Origin: Promethearchaeati archaeon
Lineage (GTDB): Archaea > Asgardarchaeota > Heimdallarchaeia > Heimdallarchaeales > Heimdallarchaeaceae
Assembly: GCA_013166775.1 (NCBI GenBank)
Contig: JABLTJ010000002.1
Span: forward strand, 153,891 to 217,890
Reading direction: 5' to 3'
Length of the DNA: 64,000 bases
In this document: piece by piece, positions 10,187-20,854 of the stretch
Numbering within the stretch: position 1 is the first letter of the stretch
Layout: the number at the start of each line of letters is the position of its first letter
Made by a program: the position numbers and the translations under genes
The notes under the pieces: generated by a model
What the model saw: only the letters and a program-made list of their open reading frames with translations
What the model was told of the DNA's origin: nothing
The model's database searches: none

Positions 10187-13100
10187 ATGAGAACGTTGAA
10201 TCGTAAAGCAATTTTGTTTTGTTTAATTGTATTCACAATATTCCTTTCATTAAACATAATTCAAGATAACAAACTTGCTTTAATGCAGGTTTCAGCTCAA
10301 GCAGAAGAAACCGAAATTGTTGAAATAAGAGATCGGTCCATTTCTGTTAATTGGTCTATCCCTGTAATTCATAACTTCAATAGTTTTAGAATATCTCTAT
10401 TGAGTAATAATTCTGAAGAAGAAAGTACTTGGACTATGATTCTATTCAATAGTTCTATTGAAACAACAACAAACAGTTTTTCACTAGTTAATTACAGTTC
10501 TTCTGGATCATTGCATTCTGCTCAGAAAATCTTTACAACCAATTTTACTTCATACATAGTAGAAAATACAGCAGAAACAATACAAACTAGAATCACTGGA
10601 TTACAGCCTTCATCGTTTTATACAATATTCCTTTATCTATCTAATTCTTCTCTAATTCAAGAAGAAGGAAATCAAGTAATTTATTCTGCTACTGAGGAAT
10701 TGTATTGGAACTCTACATTCATTGAAACAAAATTAAGTACCGAAGATGCACTTGAATATTCTAGGAGGGCAACAATATTATCTCTTCTTTTTATCGTTGT
10801 AATTTTCATAGTTATATTCTACATAGTTGCTAGAAAGGATGTTCCGTTTAATCGTATCGCTTATATTTTCATCTTTCCAGCTCTATTTGCACTGGTTTTA
10901 CTTGAGATCTATCCAATAATTTATGGTGTAATTCTATCATTCACGTCCTACAATTTAAAAAGAGGAGAGATACCAAAATTCAATTGGTTTCAAAACTATG
11001 CAAATGTTGCAGAAAATCCTCAGATGCCAATTGCATTCACAACTACTTTAGTATGGACAACATTGATTATAATTGCAAAGATTCTCCTAGGATTCTTAAT
11101 AGCATATTTAATTCATTTTAAAGTAAAAAGAAAGAAACTATGGTATTTGTTTCTTTACCTTCCTTGGGCCATACCTTCCTATATCAAAATACTATCCTGG
11201 CGTACATTCATTCAAGGTAACTCGGGAGATTCATTCTTCAATATGCTTTTTGGAACGAAAGTTAATCTTGTCTCCCAACCATATGTTACTTTGATAATCG
11301 CATGTTTTGTGGAAGTGTGGGATTCAATTCCTCTAATAACAACTCTTTTCCTAGGAGGTATGAGTTCTATACCAAGAGAATTAAATGATTTAGCAGAAAT
11401 TGATCAGATTGGAGAAGGAACAAAAATTAGGAAAATAGTCGTTCCTCTAATTAAACCTATTATCATTCCTGCAATTATTCTAGAAATTATCAAAACATTC
11501 GGTAGTTTTAATGTAGCATTCTTTCTTACGAAAGGTTATCCGCTTTTATCTTATGGAACAAGTGATGCGGGAGTTATTGGAGCTACGGATTTATTCAGTA
11601 CATTCACATTTTATATGTTCTATCATAAGAGAGAGGTAGGAATTGCAGCAGCTTACTCGACAATAATGAGTTTGTTGACACTATTTTTTGTTCTTATTTG
11701 GATTAAAATGTCAAGAGGAACACAGAGTACATATCAACCCACTAAAAAGAAACTTCCTTCAAGAACAAAGAATTTTCTTCCTGTTTTAGGATTATTACAA
11801 GCTTTAGGATACATTTTAGCAGGTATCACAGGTTTTAGATACTTCGGAATTCATTACAGCAGTACTTTAAATTATTTTATTGGTTCTTTCTATTTTCTAA
11901 CTTCAATAATTTTGATTTTCTACAGAGAAAAAATCTATAATTTGTTTAAACTTCTTATCATACTTGATTTAGTAATTTCTGTTTCACAGTTCTTTGTACT
12001 ACAAATGTGGTTCGCTTTTAATTGGAATATTTTCATAGTGTTTTTTGAATTATTCATTCTTTCAGGCATAAACAAAAAATCTATCCAGTACTCTAGGAGT
12101 GAAATTTTACGGAATATTAGGAGTAGAGTCAGATCTTTCAAATTTATGGTTACGAATTCACTAAAACAAATTGATAGATTTCTAGTTGATATGCAAACAT
12201 TACATGTAATCTTCTCACTTCAAACGCTATTCTTACTTCTGTTTAACATAATTTTGAAAAACAAATCATGGATCATGTGGAGTGTTTTTACTATCTTTCT
12301 TGTGAGTCTCAGTTTCTCATTCTTCTCAAATAGAATGCTGAAAATCTCTATTATTCTGCAAATTCCTCTTCATTTAGGATTGATTTTTAGTTCTCCTCCT
12401 ATTGGGTGGACGATTAGTCAAATCTTATTTTCAATAATTTTTATCATTAACTATGCAAAAGTAGGAGTAAACCAGAATTCTGTAATGACGAAGAATTCAT
12501 TTGGAAAGAAGATTTTAAGGTTTCTATCACTTCCAAATAACAGCTCATTATTGCTATTGTTTGTAATTACTATAACTTTCATTCCTATATGGAACATAAT
12601 CTGGATAGCTTTTGCTTCTGGTAATCAAATAGTTCCCACTTCCTTCATTCCCAAGAATCCTACTTTAGATAATTTTCGCCTTCTATTTACACAAGAAGAG
12701 ATTTATCTGAATTTCGGAAACTCTTTATTAGTTGCGCTAGGTTCTGCAGGTATATGCGTACTTATTACGACGCTAGCAGGTTATTCTTTTTCACGATATA
12801 ACTTCAAAGCTAAAAAGGAGCTGATGGTTGGAGTTTTCGTTTTAAAGATATTTACTGGGATATTAACGCTAATACCTTTCTATCTCATTATGTTTAATTT
12901 AGGATTAATAGATACTTATTTTGGAGTGATTCTTGCTTATAGTACTCATACAATCCCGATAGCATTATGGATCATTAAAGGGTACATTGATTCTATTCCA
13001 AAAGAGCTGGATGAAGCCTCACAAATAATGGGAAATCCCGCTTTAAGAACAATTCGTAAAATAATCCTTCCTCTTTCTGGACCAGCTTTAGCAATAACAT

Positions 13101-13351
13101 TTTTACTTAATTTTCTTGCAGCTTGGAATGGTTTCCTACTTGCTTTTGTTTTGCTTCAATCTTCATCAAAGTACACATTACCAATAAAATTATTCACATT
13201 TGTTGGTTCAATTGAAGCAAGTACTCCTGAATGGGGTTTATTCGCTGCAGCATCTATTCTAGTTATTATTCCACTTTTGATTATTTTTATCTTTTTAAGA
13301 AATTATTTACTCAAAGGTTTTGATAGTTCAATTGAAATGGGAGAAATCTAA
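10187..13351 (+). CDS. Fused carbohydrate ABC permease (MalF-like plus MalG-like) with an N-terminal extracytoplasmic FN3-like domain
   Basis: Two EAA loops (SIPRELNDLAEIDQ; SIPKELDEASQIMG) and the FN3-like motif ITGLQPSSFYTI. Probable start is ATG 10187 (ORF track 10163). Confidence 0.85.
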   Translation: MRTLNRKAILFCLIVFTIFLSLNIIQDNKLALMQVSAQAEETEIVEIRDRSISVNWSIPVIHNFNSFRISLLSNNSEEESTWTMILFNSSIETTTNSFSLVNYSSSGSLHSAQKIFTTNFTSYIVENTAETIQTRITGLQPSSFYTIFLYLSNSSLIQEEGNQVIYSATEELYWNSTFIETKLSTEDALEYSRRATILSLLFIVVIFIVIFYIVARKDVPFNRIAYIFIFPALFALVLLEIYPIIYGVILSFTSYNLKRGEIPKFNWFQNYANVAENPQMPIAFTTTLVWTTLIIIAKILLGFLIAYLIHFKVKRKKLWYLFLYLPWAIPSYIKILSWRTFIQGNSGDSFFNMLFGTKVNLVSQPYVTLIIACFVEVWDSIPLITTLFLGGMSSIPRELNDLAEIDQIGEGTKIRKIVVPLIKPIIIPAIILEIIKTFGSFNVAFFLTKGYPLLSYGTSDAGVIGATDLFSTFTFYMFYHKREVGIAAAYSTIMSLLTLFFVLIWIKMSRGTQSTYQPTKKKLPSRTKNFLPVLGLLQALGYILAGITGFRYFGIHYSSTLNYFIGSFYFLTSIILIFYREKIYNLFKLLIILDLVISVSQFFVLQMWFAFNWNIFIVFFELFILSGINKKSIQYSRSEILRNIRSRVRSFKFMVTNSLKQIDRFLVDMQTLHVIFSLQTLFLLLFNIILKNKSWIMWSVFTIFLVSLSFSFFSNRMLKISIILQIPLHLGLIFSSPPIGWTISQILFSIIFIINYAKVGVNQNSVMTKNSFGKKILRFLSLPNNSSLLLLFVITITFIPIWNIIWIAFASGNQIVPTSFIPKNPTLDNFRLLFTQEEIYLNFGNSLLVALGSAGICVLITTLAGYSFSRYNFKAKKELMVGVFVLKIFTGILTLIPFYLIMFNLGLIDTYFGVILAYSTHTIPIALWIIKGYIDSIPKELDEASQIMGNPALRTIRKIILPLSGPALAITFLLNFLAAWNGFLLAFVLLQSSSKYTLPIKLFTFVGSIEASTPEWGLFAAASILVIIPLLIIFIFLRNYLLKGFDSSIEMGEI

Positions 13352-14470
13352 ATGAAAATCGAAATAAGGGAAGTTACAAAAAAGTATGAGGAAAAAAAGG
13401 CAATTGATGGCATTAAAATGGTCATTCCGGAAGGTAGTTTTACAGTAATTTTAGGACCTTCTGGAAGTGGAAAAACTACTCTTTTAAGGATTATTGCAGG
13501 ACTTCTTTATCCTACTTCAGGAAAAGTATTTTTTGGTCAAAACGATATGACAGATTTACCTGCCAATAAAAGAAACATTGCTATGGTTTTCCAGAAATAT
13601 ACTTTATTTCCACATATGACTGTGGAAGAGAATATTCGATTTCCTCTAGAAAGCATAAAGGAAGGAAAATTGTTCAAAAGCAGAACATACACAGATGAAG
13701 AGATTAGCAAGAAAATTGAAGAAATACTGAAACTACTACATTTAGAAGAACACAGAAACAAATACCCCTCACAATTATCAGGAGGGGAGCAGCAACGGGT
13801 TGCAATAGGTAGAGAAATAATTCGAGAACCGGTAATATTCCTATTTGATGAACCCTTGAGTAATATAGATGCAAGATTACGCTATGAAATGAGAACATGG
13901 ATAAGAAGACTGCATAAATTACTCAAGAAAACTACTGTATATGTCACACATGATCAATCAGAAGCTATGGCATTAGGAAATTTAATTGCTCTATTAAATG
14001 AGGGAAAAATAGAGCAATTTGGTACTCCAGATGATCTTTACTATAATCCAATCAACAAGTTTACAGCTCAATTTATTGGTAATTATCCTATGAATTTTAT
14101 TCCTTTTAAATTCAAAGATGGAGATCTATATTATAACAATGAAGAAAAGATAGAGGTTCCAAAAAACATTCTAGATATAATTTCAACCCGTAAAGTCACA
14201 AAAGGTGACATAGGTTTTCGAGCTGAATATATTAGAGAATATGATCCGAAAAAACCTGTAGATAAAGAGATGATTCTGATAGATTGCAAAATTGAGGATA
14301 CAGAAAAGGTTCTAGATCAACATATAATAACGTTAAAACATCTTAATCATCAGCTCTTCTTTGTTACGAAAACGAAAAAAGAGTTCAAAAAGAAGGAAGC
14401 ACTTTCTATAGTCATTCATAGCGACCATATCTATGTCTTCGATAATAGAGGCAAACGGATTCAGATATGA
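13352..14470 (+). CDS. Sugar ABC transporter ATP-binding protein (MalK/UgpC family)
   Basis: GPSGSGKT, LSGGEQQRVA, FDEPLSN, YVTHDQ.EA and a C-terminal OB/TOBE region. Starts directly after the permease stop. Confidence 0.95.
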   Translation: MKIEIREVTKKYEEKKAIDGIKMVIPEGSFTVILGPSGSGKTTLLRIIAGLLYPTSGKVFFGQNDMTDLPANKRNIAMVFQKYTLFPHMTVEENIRFPLESIKEGKLFKSRTYTDEEISKKIEEILKLLHLEEHRNKYPSQLSGGEQQRVAIGREIIREPVIFLFDEPLSNIDARLRYEMRTWIRRLHKLLKKTTVYVTHDQSEAMALGNLIALLNEGKIEQFGTPDDLYYNPINKFTAQFIGNYPMNFIPFKFKDGDLYYNNEEKIEVPKNILDIISTRKVTKGDIGFRAEYIREYDPKKPVDKEMILIDCKIEDTEKVLDQHIITLKHLNHQLFFVTKTKKEFKKKEALSIVIHSDHIYVFDNRGKRIQI

Positions 14471-14639
14471 CTCTTTTTTTTGATGAGCTAGGACTATGGT
14501 AATATTATTAATATTCTTTAATTATTGTAATAGGAGAACAATCATACTTCCTATATTCAAAAAAAGGTCAAATAGGGTTCAAATGTAGGAAAAAAGCTGT
14601 TCTTACTCTGGGGCAATCAATATCTCTAAAGTGAATTAA

Positions 14640-17600
14640 ATGATAGAAGAGGCTATGGGGGGCATATTAGATAAAGCCAATATTGGCATAACCTTTCTTA
14701 TTGATAATAAGATAAAATTCGTGAATGAAAAATTCTTACATCTTACAGATTACTCTGAAGAGGAAATAATAGAAAAATCATTTATTTTCCTTTCTACAAA
14801 TGAAGAAAAGGAAAGATTGAGAAATATCGAGATAAAATTATCAGAACAAGAAATCCATCCCAAGATTATTGAGTTTTGGATAGAAACAAAAAACGGTGTA
14901 AGAAAATATATTCGTAATAATTATTATGCTTCAGAAGATAGCAAACAGATGGAAGGTTTCCTAGTTCTTACTCATGATTTAACAAAGGAGAAGAGTAAAG
15001 AAGTTAAGGTTCTTGCATCTGAATTTAAAAAATCAAGATTTCTAGATTTTCTATCTGAACAGATAATTTTCTATGATACAGATCTTCGAATTATATGGAC
15101 AAACAAAGCTGCAAGTGATTCTGTTGGAGAAATACCAGAGAGTATGGTAGGGGAAATCTGTTATGAATTATGGTATCAATCAGATACCCCCTGTTCAAAC
15201 TGTCCTGTGTTAAAAGCAAAAGAAACAAGGCAAGAACAAAGTGCAGAAGTTGTTACACCAGATGATAAAGTTTGGAACATACGAGGATATCCCGTATATG
15301 GAGAAGATGGTACTCTGATTGGTATGGCAGAATTGGCAAGTGATATAACTGAAAGCAAACAAAAAATGAAAGATCTTGCTAAAAGCGAAGAAAGATTCAA
15401 ACAAATTTTCCATAACACTAATGATGGAATTTTTGTTGTCACAAGAGATACTGAGGGTAAATTCATTAAAATCATTGAAGCAAACGAAATCGCATCTAGG
15501 ATGTATGGATACACTCGAGAAGAATTCTTCGAAATGAAGCCTGCAGATTTTAATATTACTGGTGAAGAGGAAACTTTAGAATTTATAAATAATCTACTCG
15601 AGGAGAAAAGACTTACATTTGAAAGGAATCACAGAACAAAAGATGGGAATCTCATTCTTGTAGAAATCAGTGCTCATCTTTTTACACTTGGTGAAGATAC
15701 CGTAAGTATAGCTATTATTAGGGATATAACTGAAAAGAAGAAAGCTGATGAAGAGCTGATTGATAGGGAAGAAAAATTCAGACAAATATTCCAAAACTCT
15801 TCTGATGCAATATTTATTCATTCATTATCATCTGATGGAAAACCAGGGAATTTTATTGAAGTAAATGATATAGGTTGTGAGTGGACAGGTTATTCTCGAG
15901 AAGTACTACTTAAGATTTCACCACCTGAATTAGTATTTGAAAATGCTGCCCATGATGACGATATTAGTAAGAAACTTCAATCTATGGGATTTTTAACATA
16001 TGATGGCTTCATTCAAAATAAAGATGGGTATTTAAGAAACGTAGAATATAATTCCAGCATGTTTGTGCTAAAAGGAGAGAGAGTAATACTTACTACTGCT
16101 AGAGATATCACAGAAAGATTAATTTCTCAGCAAGAAATGAAAGAAAGTGAAGAAAGATTTAGAAAACTATTTGAAACAATTCCAGATGCACTTATTGCTG
16201 CAGACTTAAACGGGGACATAACTTATGCTAACTATCAAGCAGCAAAACTGTATGGTGTAGAAAGCATTGATAAGCTGATGAATGAGAATACATTCCAATT
16301 CATTGCCCAAGAAGACTTGATGAGAGCTCAGAATGGTTTTAAAGCAATTTTAACAAGTGGGTATGTGAGAAATAAACAATTTCATATTGTCGATAAGGAT
16401 GGTTCAAGAACACCAGTAGAGACCAATGCATCAGTAATTTTAGATTCAGAAGGCAATCCTAATGGTTTCATAGCTGTTGTTCGAGATATTTCAGAAAAAC
16501 TAAAAGCTGAAAAATCTATTCAAGATAGTGAGGAGAAATTTAGACAAATCTTTCATAGTGGTAATGATGCAATATTCATACATAAATTAACAAGGGATGG
16601 AAAACTTGGAAATTTCATTGAAGTAAATAGTGTTGCATCTGCATGGACAGGTTATGATCGAGAAAAATTATTAACAATGAAGCCAGCAGATATAAAATGG
16701 CCTGGTTTAGTCAATCATACCAAAAATATTGGAAAAGAACTACTTTCCACAGGTTCAACAACTTTTGAAGGGACGATAGTACATAAGAACGGATCTTCCA
16801 AGCCAGTAGAGTTCAGTTCACAGTTATTTTTATTAAAAGACCAAGTGGTTATACTTTCTGTTGCTAGAGATATTACAGAGAGAAAGAAATCTCAAAAAGA
16901 AATAGAAGAAAGTGAAGAAAAATTCAGGCAAATATTCCACAAAGCAAATGATGCATTCTTCCTAACTAAATTAATTAAAGAAGATGAAACAAGCAAATTC
17001 ATTGAAGTAAATGATATAGCATGTATATGGTTGGAATACACAAAGGAAGAGATTTTAGAGTTAAGATCAATAGATATTACAGCTCCTGAACAAAAGGATG
17101 CAAATAAGGAAATTATTAGAGAAATCTACGATAAGGGTTATGGAACTTTTGAGACGGTTCTTCTTGGAAAAAATGATAAGAGAATACCTGTTGAAATCAG
17201 CTCTCACATATTTGAGTTATGGGATGAGGAGGTTGTTTTAACAATAGCAAGGAATATCACTGATAGGAGAAGAGCTGAGAAGGAAATTCAAGAAAGTGAG
17301 GAAAGATATAGACAAGTCTTTCATAATTCAGGTGATATTATCGCAATAGTGAGTGTTCCACGTGATAGATCAATCGGAAATCTTCTCGAGTTCAATGAAT
17401 TAGCATGCAGGAAACTAGAATATTCTAGAGAGGATCTAATTGGATTAGGACTAGATGAAATAGTAAAGGATCTAACTGAAGAAGATATTACAAAGTATTT
17501 CAAAGAGATTATGGAAAAGAAAAGTGTCAAATTTGAAAGAAAGTTAGTAACAAAGAGTGGAGAATCATTCCCTGTTGAAATTAATGCAGCACCCTTTCTA

Positions 17601-18011
17601 CTCAAAGGAGAAATTACAGTTTTATTAACAGCTAGAGATATCACAGAGAGAGTTAAAGATGAGGAATTGATGAAGCAAGCATTTGCTCAGATAGATCAGA
17701 ACATAGAAGATTTTGATATCTTAGTAGATAAAATCAGAAATCCTCTTACAGGTATAGTTGGTTATTCCGAATTATCTGATTCTCTTCACACATCAATTAT
17801 TGTAGAAGAAGCTATGAAAATAGATGAAATTATCAAACAAATTTCAGAAAACTGGATTGCTTCTGAAAAATTCAGAGAAATCTTGAGAAAACATCTGTTA
17901 GCAGAACAAACCTCAGAAGAAGATAGTAGCAAAAATACAGAGGATGTTGTGACTGAGGTTAAGGAAGGTACAGCAGAGATTAAAACAGAGGAAACATCAA
18001 CAGCGAAATAA
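14640..18011 (+). CDS. Soluble sensor with eight PAS/PAC domains and a degenerate HisKA-like hairpin, no kinase domain
   Basis: Eight DITE-type PAC ends (DLTK, DITE, DITE, DITE, DISE, DITE, NITD, DITE) and repeated SEE(K/R)F(R/K)QIF linkers. C-terminal LVDKIRNPLTGIVG is followed only by a short helix and an acidic tail. Confidence 0.85.
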   Translation: MIEEAMGGILDKANIGITFLIDNKIKFVNEKFLHLTDYSEEEIIEKSFIFLSTNEEKERLRNIEIKLSEQEIHPKIIEFWIETKNGVRKYIRNNYYASEDSKQMEGFLVLTHDLTKEKSKEVKVLASEFKKSRFLDFLSEQIIFYDTDLRIIWTNKAASDSVGEIPESMVGEICYELWYQSDTPCSNCPVLKAKETRQEQSAEVVTPDDKVWNIRGYPVYGEDGTLIGMAELASDITESKQKMKDLAKSEERFKQIFHNTNDGIFVVTRDTEGKFIKIIEANEIASRMYGYTREEFFEMKPADFNITGEEETLEFINNLLEEKRLTFERNHRTKDGNLILVEISAHLFTLGEDTVSIAIIRDITEKKKADEELIDREEKFRQIFQNSSDAIFIHSLSSDGKPGNFIEVNDIGCEWTGYSREVLLKISPPELVFENAAHDDDISKKLQSMGFLTYDGFIQNKDGYLRNVEYNSSMFVLKGERVILTTARDITERLISQQEMKESEERFRKLFETIPDALIAADLNGDITYANYQAAKLYGVESIDKLMNENTFQFIAQEDLMRAQNGFKAILTSGYVRNKQFHIVDKDGSRTPVETNASVILDSEGNPNGFIAVVRDISEKLKAEKSIQDSEEKFRQIFHSGNDAIFIHKLTRDGKLGNFIEVNSVASAWTGYDREKLLTMKPADIKWPGLVNHTKNIGKELLSTGSTTFEGTIVHKNGSSKPVEFSSQLFLLKDQVVILSVARDITERKKSQKEIEESEEKFRQIFHKANDAFFLTKLIKEDETSKFIEVNDIACIWLEYTKEEILELRSIDITAPEQKDANKEIIREIYDKGYGTFETVLLGKNDKRIPVEISSHIFELWDEEVVLTIARNITDRRRAEKEIQESEERYRQVFHNSGDIIAIVSVPRDRSIGNLLEFNELACRKLEYSREDLIGLGLDEIVKDLTEEDITKYFKEIMEKKSVKFERKLVTKSGESFPVEINAAPFLLKGEITVLLTARDITERVKDEELMKQAFAQIDQNIEDFDILVDKIRNPLTGIVGYSELSDSLHTSIIVEEAMKIDEIIKQISENWIASEKFREILRKHLLAEQTSEEDSSKNTEDVVTEVKEGTAEIKTEETSTAK

Positions 18012-18067
18012 TTGCTTGAGATAGGATTTCCGCTTAATTTATATATGACTCTTGATTAATATCGAAT

Positions 18068-19258
18068 ATGCATTTTGCTAAGAAATTCAAAAATTCTTTT
18101 CACTTGACTATTTGGGAAGCTATAATCGCGATAGCAGCCATAACTGTATTTTTTATTCTTGAAAAAGTGGTTTATCATGATGTAGAACACGCTCCAACAT
18201 TTCTGATAATCTTCGGTTTTGTAGTTGGAATATGGTTAGCTTTTCGTCCATCTGAATGGGCAGTTGAAGGATTAAACAGTGGTGCGAAATATGCAGGATT
18301 ATCAGAATATGTGGCTGGAATTCTATCAAGTCTTGCTTCTAACCTTCCGGAAGCAGTAATAGCTATTTTACTTTTAATTGAAGGTCTGCAGCTGATTGCG
18401 GTAGTTACGGTTTTATCTGCAGCTGGATTCAACGCAATGATACTTGGTATTGCTATACTTATTTCAACTGTTAAAAATAAGGGGCAAATAGCTGTTCCTG
18501 AAGATTTAGAGAAGAAAGAAGCGCCTATAATTCGATGGGCTATTGTAGCTTTGTTAATGACCGTCGTTTTTGGTTTTATTGAATATTTTCAAGTAGATCA
18601 ACTAGAAGATGCATTACTGACTAAACCAGTTGCAGGATTACTCGCGGCAAGTTATTTATTTTACTTAATATATGTTATTGTAGTAAAGGATACTAATAAC
18701 AAAATTTCCTTGAAAAATCATGAAGAAAAGGAAAAAGCAGAAGAAATTGAAGAAATTAAAAAAGAAGAAGAAAACGATCACGAGTCTAAGGAGCGACTAC
18801 CAGTGTATTTGACTATTATTCTTTTAATTCTAGGATTTGTTGGAATTTATTTTGGTGGTGAAACACTTACTTGGGGTGTAATGGAATTAATGGAAGGAGG
18901 AGGATCGGGTATAGGTCAGATAGGATTTGCTCTAATACTGGGGGCAGCAGGAGCGGTACCTGAACACGGTATTGCAATAATTTCTGCCGCAAAAGATAAT
19001 ATTGAAGTAGGAATTGGAAATGCTATGGGAGGAATTCTCCAATCTTCATTGCTGATTTTTGGGATTCTAGGAATTTTTGTTTCTATTACACTTCATCCAT
19101 TTATACTTCTTCAAATAGCAGCAATCGCAGGTTCGTTATGGTTTGTGAAACGGTGCATTCAAGATAAAAAATTTGACACGTTTGAAGGGATAATGATTAT
19201 CCTTCTTCAGGTACTGGTCTTTGTTATACTATTCGAAGATATTGCATTTTTCGCATAG
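18068..19258 (+). CDS. Ca2+:cation antiporter (CaCA family)
   Basis: Two alpha repeats (LASNLPE; AGAVPEH...GN..G), a central acidic loop and ~11 TM segments. Confidence 0.85.
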   Translation: MHFAKKFKNSFHLTIWEAIIAIAAITVFFILEKVVYHDVEHAPTFLIIFGFVVGIWLAFRPSEWAVEGLNSGAKYAGLSEYVAGILSSLASNLPEAVIAILLLIEGLQLIAVVTVLSAAGFNAMILGIAILISTVKNKGQIAVPEDLEKKEAPIIRWAIVALLMTVVFGFIEYFQVDQLEDALLTKPVAGLLAASYLFYLIYVIVVKDTNNKISLKNHEEKEKAEEIEEIKKEEENDHESKERLPVYLTIILLILGFVGIYFGGETLTWGVMELMEGGGSGIGQIGFALILGAAGAVPEHGIAIISAAKDNIEVGIGNAMGGILQSSLLIFGILGIFVSITLHPFILLQIAAIAGSLWFVKRCIQDKKFDTFEGIMIILLQVLVFVILFEDIAFFA

Positions 19259-19321
19259 ATAACTACACCCTTTCACTTTTTTTCTTTCTAGCTTTTTATA
19301 CTCAATAATAGAACTACTACC

Positions 19322-19543
19322 ATGGGAATACAGAGGATTCTACCTCCTATTGATAAAGAAGAAGAAATTATCTTACTTCATAGAAATGGTGCTATTATTG
19401 CAATTAGCGACACAATCTATCAAGTAAAAATATTCAGAGAACCTGAAAGGAAGATTTTTACAACCTCTTTGGAAAATGCTTACAGATTCTTACAATTAGG
19501 TATCGATAATTATGATAGCAATGAGGGATACTATTTACAATAA
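19322..19543 (+). CDS. Hypothetical protein (73 aa)
   Basis: ATG-started ORF filling the gap between convergent genes; no recognisable motif. Confidence 0.55.
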   Translation: MGIQRILPPIDKEEEIILLHRNGAIIAISDTIYQVKIFREPERKIFTTSLENAYRFLQLGIDNYDSNEGYYLQ

Positions 19544-19559
19544 AAAATGAAGTAAGAGA

Positions 19560-20792
19560 TTAATCTACTTCATCAAATACTCTTTCAATAACTTCTAATG
19601 CCCATTCAAGTTCTTTTTGAGTAATAACCAAAGGTGGTGCAAAACGAATTGAAAACTCATGTGTTTCTTTCGCTAACAATCCTACTGGTTGATGATTTTT
19701 CATAGCTTCTGTATAGGGTCTGGCTTTTTCATTTAACTCAATTGCTACCAATAGTCCTTTTCCTCGTACTTCTTTGATTTTCTCTGAATGTTTCTTCTGA
19801 ATTAGTTTCAACTTCTTAACAAAGAATTTCCCTAATTCTGTTGATCGTTTTGAAAAATCTTCCTCATTGAGTAAATCACAAACTGATTCAAGAACAGCCA
19901 TTCCTAAGCTGTTTCCACCCCATGTTGACCCATGAGAACCTGGGGTTAAAACATCCATTATATCCCAATTTGCCAAAACACCTGAAATTGGAAAGATTCC
20001 CCCACCTAATGCTTTTGCTACTAAAACTATATCAGGTTTTACTTTTTCATGGTCGCTTGCGAAGATTGTTCCTGTTCTACAGAATCCAGTCTGTATTTCA
20101 TCAACTATTGTGATGACGTTATTCTCTTTGCAGATTTTTTGTGCTTCTTTAAGATAGCCTTTTGGAGGAATCAAAACTCCAGCTTCACCTTGGATTGGTT
20201 CAAATAGGAAAGCAACTGTATTTTTGTTTATAGCTTTCTTCAAAGCCTCTGTATCACCATAAGGGATAACCTTAAACCCTGGAGTTTTGGGACCAAAACC
20301 ACTGAAAGCATCAGGATCAGTTGAGAACCCTACGATTGTAATAGTTCTACCATGAAAGTTGTTCTCACAGACAATTATCTCAGCTTTGTTTTCATCTACT
20401 CCTTTCTTCTCATATCCCCATTTTCTAGCAATTTTTAGAGCTGATTCAACTGCTTCTGCACCAGTGTTCATAGGGAGAAAAGATTCGTAACCAGTTAATT
20501 CACAGAGTTTTTTTGCAGCAGTACCCATCGAATCGTTGCAAAAAGCTCTAGATGTTAAAATAACCTTATCTGCTTGTTTCTTAAGTGCTTTAACAAGCTT
20601 TGGATTTCGATGTCCAAAATTCTGACTTGAATATGCACTCAAGCAATCCATATATTTTTTACCTTCCACATCCCAAACCCAAATTCCTTTTGCTTTTTCT
20701 ATAACAACTGGAATTGGTTTATAATTATGAGCAGTCCATTTCTTATCTAAATCAAGATAGAGTTGTGATTTGTTTTGTTCTTTTTTTAACAT
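19560..20792 (-). CDS. rocD: Ornithine--oxo-acid aminotransferase
   Basis: AHNYKP, DCLSAYS..NFGH, PMNTGAEAVE, NFHGRT, EPIQGEAGV, DEIQTG, PLP lysine in AKALGGG, HGSTWGGN. AGGTGA precedes ATG 20792. Confidence 0.93.
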   Translation of the reverse strand: MLKKEQNKSQLYLDLDKKWTAHNYKPIPVVIEKAKGIWVWDVEGKKYMDCLSAYSSQNFGHRNPKLVKALKKQADKVILTSRAFCNDSMGTAAKKLCELTGYESFLPMNTGAEAVESALKIARKWGYEKKGVDENKAEIIVCENNFHGRTITIVGFSTDPDAFSGFGPKTPGFKVIPYGDTEALKKAINKNTVAFLFEPIQGEAGVLIPPKGYLKEAQKICKENNVITIVDEIQTGFCRTGTIFASDHEKVKPDIVLVAKALGGGIFPISGVLANWDIMDVLTPGSHGSTWGGNSLGMAVLESVCDLLNEEDFSKRSTELGKFFVKKLKLIQKKHSEKIKEVRGKGLLVAIELNEKARPYTEAMKNHQPVGLLAKETHEFSIRFAPPLVITQKELEWALEVIERVFDEVD

Positions 20793-20854
20793 GGAATCAC
20801 CTGTTATGTCTGACACCTATTTGAGGAGTGAATTTATAAAATTATAGATAAAAA

